Positions 16,777 to 25,319 of a stretch of DNA of 64,000 nucleotides are shown here, piece by piece. Each line of letters starts with the position of its first letter. Position 1 is the stretch's first letter. The notes beneath the pieces are model-generated. The model did not search any database and was not told the DNA's origin. It saw only the letters and a list, made by a program, of their open reading frames with translations. This DNA is from Anaerolineae bacterium. Its GTDB lineage: Bacteria > Chloroflexota > Anaerolineae > Fen-1058. Position numbers and translations under genes: made by a program. Location of the stretch: positions 149,735-213,734 of the forward strand of contig JBGLNJ010000001.1 of the NCBI GenBank assembly GCA_041300525.1. The letters run 5' to 3'.

Positions 16777-18402
16777 ATGAAACACCATCACTGGCACATC
16801 GCGCTTGCTGTCGGAATGATCTTGGCGCTCATCGTCGCGGCATGTGCACCCGCAGCCGCACCAGCTCCTGTTCCACCTGCCTCTCCGCCGCCCACCTCAG
16901 TTCCCGCAGCGACGACTGCTCCGGCGACGGCGGTCGCCAAAGGGCCAACTTCAGGTGGCGTTCTGAAAATTTCTACCGTGCCGGATGCGGACATCCTGGG
17001 TTATCCGCCCACGATGACCAAGTTGAATGATTTCACTTTTGCTGTGACCAGTCTCGAAACGCTGATCACTTTTGACGAGACTGGCGCGCCCGTTCCCGGC
17101 TTGGCAGCAGAATGGAAAGTGGATGTCGCCAACAAAACCATTACCATTGTTCTGCAAAAAGGCGTCAAGTTCCACGATGGATCGGATTTCAATGCCAAGG
17201 TCGCCAAATGGAATTTGGATGGCATTCGCCAATCCAAGCGCACCGAACTCGCGCTTGTCAGCTCGATTGATGTGGTGGACGACTATACCATCCGTCTCAA
17301 TCTCAGCAAATACGATAGCAGTATTCTGGTTACGCTCGCCGGTCCTGTTGGTTTGATGATCTCGCAAGAGGCATTCGAGAAAAACGGCGGCGGGGCGTGG
17401 AGCGAAAAGAATCCAGTCGGCACCGGCCCCTTCAAACTGGCGAGCTGGCAAAGAGACGTCAAGCAAGTATACGTGCGCTTTGATGGCTATCGGCAAAAGG
17501 GCAAACCATATCTGGATGGTGTGGAATGGATTATCGTCGCCGACCCACTCGTCCGGCTCGCATCATTCAAAGCGGGCGAATCGAACAGCACCCAGAACAT
17601 CGAACCCAAGGATGCCAAGCAATTGGAAGCAGAAGGCAAGTACCAGATTGCTGCACTCGCTTCCGCGCTGTATGCACTCGCCCCGGACGGCGCGAATCCG
17701 AATTCCGTGTTCGCCAAGCTCCAGGTGCGGCAAGCCGTCGAGTACGCGATTGACAAGCAGGCATTGTGCGACACATTGGGCTACGGATATTGGAAGCCGC
17801 TCTACCAGGCCGCCGCGCCGGGAAGTTGGGCGGAAAATCCCAAGGTCGTTGGCAATCGCTACGATCCGGCTAAAGCCAAGCAACTGCTCACGGAAGCAGG
17901 TTATCCCAACGGGTTCAAGACCACCATCTACACGCCCAATACGCCGCAGATCATCGTAGACATGCTCACCGCCGTGCAGGGCTATCTGAAAGCGGTGGGC
18001 ATTGATGCGAAATTGGAAGCGATGGAGCAAGTTCGCTATGGCGATGTTTATGCCGGCGCGGGTTGGAAAGATGGTCTCGCCATGGCACCCATGGGCTTGT
18101 CGCCCAACGAGATCGGCTTGCTCAATCGTCTCTTTTTGCCCGGCAGTGTGTTGTTGCCAAGCGTGCTTCGTCCCCCCGCATTCCAACAAAAGTTGATCGA
18201 GGTCGGTGCTGCAGCGGATAACGACACTAAGCAGAAACTGACCTGGGAATTGCAAAAAATCGGCGCGGACGACAATACAATGATGATTTGGCTGCATTCC
18301 AACGTCGGCGTTGTCGCCAGCCAGAAAAAAGTTCATAACGATGGTTTCAATAAAACGATCGGCGTGCCGTGGACACCCGCCGAAGCGTGGATGGACAAGT
18401 AA
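16777..18402 (+). CDS. ABC transporter substrate-binding lipoprotein, family 5 (peptide/nickel/opine type)
   Basis: Lipobox ALIVAAC, then a Pro/Ala/Thr linker and SBP_bac_5-like blocks (GVKFHDGSDFNA, GTGPFKLASW). AAGGAGGAG RBS. Confidence 0.85.
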   Translation: MKHHHWHIALAVGMILALIVAACAPAAAPAPVPPASPPPTSVPAATTAPATAVAKGPTSGGVLKISTVPDADILGYPPTMTKLNDFTFAVTSLETLITFDETGAPVPGLAAEWKVDVANKTITIVLQKGVKFHDGSDFNAKVAKWNLDGIRQSKRTELALVSSIDVVDDYTIRLNLSKYDSSILVTLAGPVGLMISQEAFEKNGGGAWSEKNPVGTGPFKLASWQRDVKQVYVRFDGYRQKGKPYLDGVEWIIVADPLVRLASFKAGESNSTQNIEPKDAKQLEAEGKYQIAALASALYALAPDGANPNSVFAKLQVRQAVEYAIDKQALCDTLGYGYWKPLYQAAAPGSWAENPKVVGNRYDPAKAKQLLTEAGYPNGFKTTIYTPNTPQIIVDMLTAVQGYLKAVGIDAKLEAMEQVRYGDVYAGAGWKDGLAMAPMGLSPNEIGLLNRLFLPGSVLLPSVLRPPAFQQKLIEVGAAADNDTKQKLTWELQKIGADDNTMMIWLHSNVGVVASQKKVHNDGFNKTIGVPWTPAEAWMDK

Positions 18403-18459
18403 TTCCTAGTCTGCCCAGTGTCTGCCGGTTAGAAACGAAAAAGCCCAAGCTAGAGTCAC

Positions 18460-18500
18460 ACGATAAATTGGAACCGGTGCGCTCGGTTCCAATTTATCGT
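18460..18500 (+). promoter_or_regulatory. Perfect 17-bp stem-loop between the SBP gene and the next gene (candidate mRNA-stabilising or processing hairpin)
   Basis: ACGATAAATTGGAACCG-gtgcgct-CGGTTCCAATTTATCGT. There is no downstream T-run. Confidence 0.6.
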
Positions 18501-18534
18501 ATATCGCAGCAACCGCCCAGTTCGAAATGGAGAT

Positions 18535-20535
18535 GTGAATATGACTTCGTGGTGGAATCTTGTGCAACGCGGCGCGGCGCTTCCCGAATGGCCCTATCCC
18601 ATTCGCTATGGCGTCGAAAATCAAGTGACCGCCGATGTGCTTGTTCTCGGCGGCGGCATCGCTGGCTGTCATGCCGCGATCAACGCAGCGCGCAAGGGTG
18701 CCCAGGTCGCTATCGTGGACAAGGGGAGTATCCGGCGCAGCGGACAAGGCGGCGCGGGTGTGGATCATTGGCAGGCCGCGTGCACCAATCCGTGTAGCAC
18801 GGTTTCTCCCGAAGAGTACGCCCGAGCAATCATTGATAGTTTCGCCGGTTACGATTGTGGTCCATTGCGCTATATTCAATGCCAAGAATCCTGGGACACA
18901 CTGCTCGATTGCGAACAGATGGGCGTCCAGGTTCGAGATGTGCATGATGAATTTCAAGGTGCGGCGTTTAGAGATGAGCAAACCAAGTTGATGTTTGCCT
19001 ACGATTACGAAAACCGGCACACTCTGCGCATCTACGGGCACGATATGAAACCGTGCTTGCACCGTGAAGTCAAACGGCTAGGCGTGCAGATTTTTGATCG
19101 CGTGATGGCGACCAGCCTGTTGACACAAGATGGCAAACAAGGCACGCGCGTCGTCGGCGCGACCGGCGTCAACGTTCGCACTGGCGAGTTCTATATTTTC
19201 AAAGCCAAAGCCGTCATCCTGGCGATGGCTCATCCGCGCCGCGAATGGACTTTTTCGACCGAGTTGAATGGCGGCAGCGCGACGTTCGCCGACCTGAACA
19301 TTGTCGGCGATGGTCATGCGATGGGCTGGAATGCTGGTGCGGAATTCGCGATGATGGAACGTTCGATGAGCAGCGCGGGCGGCTTTGCCTATATTCAGTA
19401 CGGCGTTGGTTATCCGGATAACACCTGGTATGGCTGCACGATGGTTGACGCGCACGGCAAACAAGTGCGCTGGTTCAATCGCGATGGCAAAGAACTCGAG
19501 ACCGCCGAAGAACGCTTTCAACCCGCGCCCGGGCAAAAATTCATTTTGATGGGAGGCGGGTTGGTGGGCGGTGCGATTGCGCGCGAGGTCAAAGGGAACT
19601 ATCTTGACGACACGCTGGCTGAACTCATCGGCAAGGGCGAAATCACCTTGCCGCTGTACGCCGATCTGCCCAGCTTGCCCGAACACGAACGCCGCGCGAT
19701 CTTTGGCCTCATGGTCGGCAACGAAGGCAAGAGCCGCATCCCCGTGTACGATATTTACACCAAAGCCGGTTTTGATCCCAACAAGGATATGCTTCAAGCG
19801 CCAGTGATGCCGCCTGCCGCGTACAAGAGTCCGCATTATCCGGCGGGCGCGCCGATTCCGCAGTGGCGAGAAATCTTTGGCGGTGGCTTGGTCGCCGATT
19901 GGGACCTGAGATCGAATCTTGAGGGATTGTACGCAGGCGGACGCATGGTGTACGGCGGCGGAGAACATGCGGGCGCAGCGACGAGCGGGCGCTACGCCGG
20001 CAGAAAAGCCGCTGAGTACGCGTTGGGCGCGCGCGAGCCAGAACTCGATCAAAAGCAGATCGAGCAGGAAAAAACGCGCGTCTATGCCTCACTCAACAAG
20101 AGCAAAGATAACATCGGCTGGAAGGAGATGAATGCCGGTATCTGCCGCGTCATGCAGGACTATTGCGGTCAGTACCGCAACGAAGAAACATTAAAGGCTG
20201 GCGCGCGGTTGTTGAACAGTCTCAGGGAATCCGAATTGACCAGGACCTATGCCGCCAATCCGCATGAACTCGAACGCGTCTTGGAATGTCACACGATCAT
20301 CACTGTCGGCGAGATGGTGATTCAAGCTTCGCTAGCGCGTAAGGCCAGCAGTCGATATTTGAACTTTTATCGGCTTGACTATCCAGAGCTTGATCCTCCA
20401 GAGTGGCACAAACTTTTCCCGATCCGGTTGGAAGATGGACAAGTAAAGATGCGAGAATTGCCGCTTGATTATCATCTGAAAGCGCCTTACGCCTCTACTC
20501 ACAAAGATAACTACCAAGCCCATTGTAGTTTGTAG
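18535..20535 (+). CDS. FAD-dependent oxidoreductase, AprA / SdhA-FrdA flavoprotein superfamily
   Basis: 666 aa. Dinucleotide fold DVLVLGGGIAGCHAAINAARKGAQVAIVDKG and RSGQGGAGVDHW. C-terminal helical capping region. The start could be GTG 18535 or ATG 18541 (GGAG at 18529-18532). Confidence 0.7.
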   Translation: MNMTSWWNLVQRGAALPEWPYPIRYGVENQVTADVLVLGGGIAGCHAAINAARKGAQVAIVDKGSIRRSGQGGAGVDHWQAACTNPCSTVSPEEYARAIIDSFAGYDCGPLRYIQCQESWDTLLDCEQMGVQVRDVHDEFQGAAFRDEQTKLMFAYDYENRHTLRIYGHDMKPCLHREVKRLGVQIFDRVMATSLLTQDGKQGTRVVGATGVNVRTGEFYIFKAKAVILAMAHPRREWTFSTELNGGSATFADLNIVGDGHAMGWNAGAEFAMMERSMSSAGGFAYIQYGVGYPDNTWYGCTMVDAHGKQVRWFNRDGKELETAEERFQPAPGQKFILMGGGLVGGAIAREVKGNYLDDTLAELIGKGEITLPLYADLPSLPEHERRAIFGLMVGNEGKSRIPVYDIYTKAGFDPNKDMLQAPVMPPAAYKSPHYPAGAPIPQWREIFGGGLVADWDLRSNLEGLYAGGRMVYGGGEHAGAATSGRYAGRKAAEYALGAREPELDQKQIEQEKTRVYASLNKSKDNIGWKEMNAGICRVMQDYCGQYRNEETLKAGARLLNSLRESELTRTYAANPHELERVLECHTIITVGEMVIQASLARKASSRYLNFYRLDYPELDPPEWHKLFPIRLEDGQVKMRELPLDYHLKAPYASTHKDNYQAHCSL

Positions 20536-20574
20536 ACCGTGCAAACCGATTGGATAGATTTGGAGCAAATCGCT

Positions 20575-20919
20575 ATGAGTGACAAAGTATACATGATTCC
20601 TAATCCCCCGACTCCCAATGTGCCGATCCAATTTGACCCGGAAATATGCAGCGGGTGCAACATTTGCGTGGAAGTGTGTCGCACCGATGTTTTGATGCCG
20701 AATCCTGACAGAAAGAAACCTCCAATTGTGCTCTATCCCGATGAATGTTGGTATTGCGGGATCTGTGTTGAGGACTGTTCTAGACCGGGATCGATCTGGA
20801 TGGTGCATCCGCTCAATCAAAGTATTGTGGTAAACTGGAAGCGAAAAGAAACAGGCGAGTTATTCCGTCTAGGCATGAAGAATCCACCGCCTCCTAACAA
20901 TCGACCGCCAGCCAGTTAA
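20575..20919 (+). CDS. 2x[4Fe-4S] ferredoxin, AprB-like small subunit
   Basis: CSGCNICVEVCRTD and PDECWYCGICVEDCSRP cluster motifs. I prefer ATG 20575 (GGAG 9 nt upstream) over the track start GTG 20539. Confidence 0.7.
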   Translation: MSDKVYMIPNPPTPNVPIQFDPEICSGCNICVEVCRTDVLMPNPDRKKPPIVLYPDECWYCGICVEDCSRPGSIWMVHPLNQSIVVNWKRKETGELFRLGMKNPPPPNNRPPAS

Positions 20920-20981
20920 ATCGCATCCACGATGTAGGGAATGATCTCCATTCCGTTCTGGATGACGGATGAGAAATCGAA

Positions 20982-21929
20982 ATGATCATGTTTATTGCGC
21001 GGCGCTTGCTAGAAACGCTCGTTGTTCTGGTGATCGTGAGCTTCATCGCCTTCTCCCTGCTGCACATCACGCCGGGCGATCCTGCCCTCATCATCCTGGG
21101 CGATTCAGCGACGCAAGAGCGAATTGATGCACTGCGCCGGGAACTGTGGCTGGATCGACCCTTATGGGTGCAGTATTGGCATTGGGCAACCAACTTGCTC
21201 CAGGGCAACTTGGGGACCTCCATCGTTTTTCGCGAGAGTGTTGCAAGCTTGTTGACGACTCGCTTGCCGATCACCTTTCATCTGGGTCTCGTCGCCCTCG
21301 TCCTCAGCATCCTCCTGAGTATTCCTGCCGGAATCATTAGCGCCGTCCGTCGCAACGGCTGGCTTGATTCTGTGATCACCGTCTCCGCCAACTTGGCAAT
21401 GGCGGTGCCGATTTTTTGGCTGGGCATCCTGGGAATTTATTTCTTTGCGTTAAAACTGAGATGGCTGCCCGTGCAAGGGTACACTTCGCCCGGCGACGAC
21501 CTCTGGTTAAGCACCCAGCAACTCGTCATGCCTGCCATTTGCCTCGCGCTTGTGCCGCTTGCTTCGCTGACGCGCCAAACTCGCTCAAGCATGCTAGAGG
21601 TTATCCAACAGGATTATATTCGCACCGCGCGTTCGAAAGGATTATCCGAGTGGAATGTGATGACGGGACATGCGCTCAAGAACGCCATCATTCCTGTGGT
21701 CACTTTATTGGGAATGCAACTTCGCAATTTGGTCGGTGGTGCAATATTGGTTGAGCAAGTATTCAACATTCCTGGGATGGGGCGACTATTGGTTTCTGGC
21801 GTGTTTGGCAAAGACTATGTCCTTGTGCAGGGAATAGTCATGATTGTGGGAATTGTCGTCGCGTTGGCGAATCTTGCCGTGGATATTTCCTATGGCTACA
21901 TCGATCCCCGCATACGATACGACGAATAA
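20982..21929 (+). CDS. ABC transporter permease (DppB/OppB-like)
   Basis: 315 aa with 6 predicted TM segments, the N-terminal motif IARRLLETLVVLVIVSFIAF, and the EAA-like region YIRTARSKGLSE. Confidence 0.9.
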   Translation: MIMFIARRLLETLVVLVIVSFIAFSLLHITPGDPALIILGDSATQERIDALRRELWLDRPLWVQYWHWATNLLQGNLGTSIVFRESVASLLTTRLPITFHLGLVALVLSILLSIPAGIISAVRRNGWLDSVITVSANLAMAVPIFWLGILGIYFFALKLRWLPVQGYTSPGDDLWLSTQQLVMPAICLALVPLASLTRQTRSSMLEVIQQDYIRTARSKGLSEWNVMTGHALKNAIIPVVTLLGMQLRNLVGGAILVEQVFNIPGMGRLLVSGVFGKDYVLVQGIVMIVGIVVALANLAVDISYGYIDPRIRYDE

Positions 21930-21941
21930 AAAGCTACAGAC

Positions 21942-22868
21942 ATGTCGAATATAACCGCGCCACAAGACGAGGGTCAAGCAAATCTTCCGATGTATTTGGA
22001 TGATTCATTGGAGCCCCCCCGAACAAAACCATGGCGACGATTCCTCCGCGTTTTTCTCCGTCGCAAGGTGGTGATCTTTGGCGCTGTCATTATCTTGCTT
22101 CTGATTTTGACTGCGCTCACGGCTGATTTGATCACGCCTTACGATCCGTATCAACAAAATCTGCGAGAAGCCCTGCAGCAACCTTCCGGCGCACATCTTC
22201 TGGGAACCGACGCGCTGGGACGAGATACGCTAAGTCGAATTATCTACGGCACGCGGACATCGCTGGCAGTGGGAATCAACTCGGTCGGATTGGCGGCACT
22301 GATCGGCATGGCGTTAGGCTTGTTGGCGGGCTACCTGGGTGGCTGGATCAGCACCGTGATTATGCGGTGCGTTGACGCGTTGATGGCAATTCCGCCCTTG
22401 ATGTTAGCCCTCTCGATTGGAGTGGCGCTCGGCGGTGGCCTAACAAACGTGATCATCTCTTTGGGTATCTCGCTGATCCCGACCTATGTGCGCTTGATGC
22501 GCGGTCAAGTCCTGGCGGTGAAACAATCCGACTATGTCATAGCGAGCGAGGTCATAGGAGCCAGCGATTTGAGTACGATATTGGTCCATGTATTTCCTAA
22601 CTGTCTCTCACCACTGATCGTCCTCATCACGCTCAACCTGGGTGTTGCAATTATTGCGGAAGCAGGCCTGTCATTCGTTGGACTCGGCATCACTCCGCCA
22701 GGAGCAGCGTGGGGCTCTATGGTCAACGATGGTTACCGCTATCTCCTCAGTAATCCGATCCTCTCCATCGCTCCCGGTTTCTGTGTCATGCTCGTCGTCT
22801 TGGCATTCAATCTCGTGGGAGATGGTCTGCGCGATGCGCTTGATCCACGCCTGCGCGGGACGATCTGA
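21942..22868 (+). CDS. ABC transporter permease (DppC/OppC-like)
   Basis: 308 aa. LLGTDALGRDTLSRIIYGTR is typical of the OppC N-terminal region. BPD_transp_1-like core. Confidence 0.9.
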   Translation: MSNITAPQDEGQANLPMYLDDSLEPPRTKPWRRFLRVFLRRKVVIFGAVIILLLILTALTADLITPYDPYQQNLREALQQPSGAHLLGTDALGRDTLSRIIYGTRTSLAVGINSVGLAALIGMALGLLAGYLGGWISTVIMRCVDALMAIPPLMLALSIGVALGGGLTNVIISLGISLIPTYVRLMRGQVLAVKQSDYVIASEVIGASDLSTILVHVFPNCLSPLIVLITLNLGVAIIAEAGLSFVGLGITPPGAAWGSMVNDGYRYLLSNPILSIAPGFCVMLVVLAFNLVGDGLRDALDPRLRGTI

Positions 22869-22876
22869 GGAAGAAC

Positions 22877-24919
22877 ATGGCTCATCTGCTCGAGGTTCGA
22901 AATCTCACCACTCAATTCAAGCTTGACGACTGTGCCATTCATGCGGTGGACGGCATTTCCTATTACATTGACGCTGGCGAAATTGTCAGCGTGGTCGGCG
23001 AAAGCGGCTGTGGCAAATCGGCGAGCCAGCTCTCGGTCTTGCAATTGATTCCCACGCCGCCGGGCAAAATCGTTGGCGGGGAAGTTGTCTTCGATGGTGT
23101 TGACCTTCTCAAGTTCAAGTCGGACAGCAAGCAAATGCGTACGATCCGTGGCGGCAAGATCGGAATGATTTTTCAAGAGCCGATGACATCGCTGAACCCC
23201 GTATTGACAATTGGACAACAGATCATTGAATCGTTGATGCTTCATCTCAAGATGGATCAAGGTGCTGCACGTTCGCGTGCAATCGAGCTTCTCAAATTGG
23301 TGGGCATCCCAGACGCAGAACAACGGATCGAGCATTATCCACATCAATTTAGCGGCGGTATGCGGCAGCGCGTGATGATTGCCATGGCACTGTGTTGCAA
23401 TCCCAAGTTGCTCATTGCTGATGAGGCGACTACCGCCGTCGATGTGACAACTCAGGCCCAACTCCTCGATCTTTTACGAAAAACAGTTCAACAGTTTGGC
23501 CTGTCTTTGCTCATTGTCACGCACAACTTGGGAATCGTCGCGAGGTACGCCCAAAGGATCTATGTGATGTATGCTGGGCGCATTGTCGAGTCGGGAACAG
23601 CCAAAGAAATCTTTGGCGATCCTCGCCATCCGTATACTGTTGGTCTGCTCAAATCTGTGCCGCGACTCGATGAGCCCAAAGGTCGCCAGCTCACGCCCAT
23701 TCACGGCATGCCGCCGAGTCTCACCCATCAAATAACGGGCTGCGCTTTTTTTCCGCGTTGCTCACGTCATCTCAACGCCAGCCAGTGTGATGCCCTTCCT
23801 GTGCTTGAACATATCAGCGGGCAACATTATGTTGCTTGCCACTCCGCCATTTGCCAGAAAGATGTGGCAAGTATCTCAAGCGTCACCGATACACACACGG
23901 CGGCACAAGCACCGAGAAATGGACGCCCATCTTCAGATGAAGCATTGCTCCAAGTACGCAACTTGAAGATGTATTTTCCAATGACCAAGGGATTACTACG
24001 GCGCAAGGTCGCAGACTTGAAAGCGGTAGATGACATCAATTTCACCTTGAACCGGGGTGAGACTCTGGGTATGGTTGGGGAAAGCGGTTGTGGCAAGACG
24101 ACGGTGGGGCGTTGCGTGCTGAGGCTTTATCGCCCGATCTCTGGCGAGATTCGTTTTGAGGGGTGTAATATCTCTCTTTTATCAAGAGATCAGATGCGCC
24201 CAATTCGCCACAAGATGCAACTTATATTCCAAGACCCCTACAGCTCTTTGGATCCTCGTCAAAGTGCGGGTGATATTGTGGGAGAGCCGCTCAAGATTCA
24301 CCATTTGGTCAAAGGTAGGGGCGAATACCGGGATCGCGTGGCGGAACTCTTTCAAATGGTTGGACTCAATCCCAGCCTGGCAGATCGTGTTCCGCACGAA
24401 TTCAGCGGCGGGCAACGCCAACGCATTGGGATTGCTCGCGCACTCGCGACGAATCCGCCCTTCATCGTTTGCGACGAACCGATCTCGGCGCTTGATGTGT
24501 CTATCCAGGCGCAGATTGTCAATCTGCTAGATGAGTTGCAAGATCGACTGGGATTGGCCTATCTATTTATCGGGCACGATCTTTCGGTGGTGCGCCACAT
24601 CAGTGATCGCGTGGCAGTAATGTATTTGGGGCGGATCGTGGAGATGACCGACTGCGAATCGTTATATGCCACCCCCTTACATCCGTACACACGCGCACTC
24701 CTTTCAGCAGTACCCATCCCCGATCCATTTGTAGAAGAAAAGCGCCAAGTCATTTTGCTAAAGGGAGAAGTCCCCAGTTTGTTAACTCCCCCCACGGGCT
24801 GCAATTTTCATCCGCGCTGTCCGATAGCCATCAAGGAATGCGAGCAAGTCGTACCACCTCTGCGTGATGTCGCTACGAATCATTACGTCGCTTGCATCCG
24901 AGCAAATATGCTTGCCTGA
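22877..24919 (+). CDS. Fused double ATPase (DppD-DppF-like) of an oligopeptide-type ABC importer
   Basis: Two Walker A motifs (GESGCGKS twice), two signature motifs (FSGGMRQR, FSGGQRQR), and oligopeptide-type C-terminal Cys-rich extensions. Confidence 0.9.
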   Translation: MAHLLEVRNLTTQFKLDDCAIHAVDGISYYIDAGEIVSVVGESGCGKSASQLSVLQLIPTPPGKIVGGEVVFDGVDLLKFKSDSKQMRTIRGGKIGMIFQEPMTSLNPVLTIGQQIIESLMLHLKMDQGAARSRAIELLKLVGIPDAEQRIEHYPHQFSGGMRQRVMIAMALCCNPKLLIADEATTAVDVTTQAQLLDLLRKTVQQFGLSLLIVTHNLGIVARYAQRIYVMYAGRIVESGTAKEIFGDPRHPYTVGLLKSVPRLDEPKGRQLTPIHGMPPSLTHQITGCAFFPRCSRHLNASQCDALPVLEHISGQHYVACHSAICQKDVASISSVTDTHTAAQAPRNGRPSSDEALLQVRNLKMYFPMTKGLLRRKVADLKAVDDINFTLNRGETLGMVGESGCGKTTVGRCVLRLYRPISGEIRFEGCNISLLSRDQMRPIRHKMQLIFQDPYSSLDPRQSAGDIVGEPLKIHHLVKGRGEYRDRVAELFQMVGLNPSLADRVPHEFSGGQRQRIGIARALATNPPFIVCDEPISALDVSIQAQIVNLLDELQDRLGLAYLFIGHDLSVVRHISDRVAVMYLGRIVEMTDCESLYATPLHPYTRALLSAVPIPDPFVEEKRQVILLKGEVPSLLTPPTGCNFHPRCPIAIKECEQVVPPLRDVATNHYVACIRANMLA

Positions 24920-25319
24920 GGTGGTGGATACTCCCACAGACTTCCGCCAACAACGCATGCTGCAGTTCGGGTTGAGACAGTGCTGCTTGCAAGGCTTACT
25001 GCACCTCGGACCTATCCGACGTAGACGGGGCCTTCAACTCGCGCATCACTGTCCGCACCAAGCTCTTGACGAAATCCATGTCCAGTACTATCTTGCTTCA
25101 CCTCCATTCGAGTTGAGGCGTTCGGACCCGTTAGCGGGCTGACCACACCGGAGTCGGGTGAGGTGCGGTCGTTCCGCGCCGACTTGCGCGCGGTTGCCGC
25201 GTCGAGGCAATCATGAAAGACAATCACACCATCAACCGCGATCCGTGCCGCATGATCCGTTGGGTGCAGAAGGTGCGCGAGGAAGAGCAAAAAATTCGAG
25301 AATTACTCGGGAGGATAAT

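Noticed and set aside
25018-25083. IS256-family transposase remnant (minus strand MDFVKSLVRTVMREL...)
   Set aside because: Only about 14 residues resemble the IS256 N-terminal helix (D.l..Lv..vlqeL), which is too short to support a call. It is mentioned only as possible debris in the 400-nt gap before the DUF3604-like gene.
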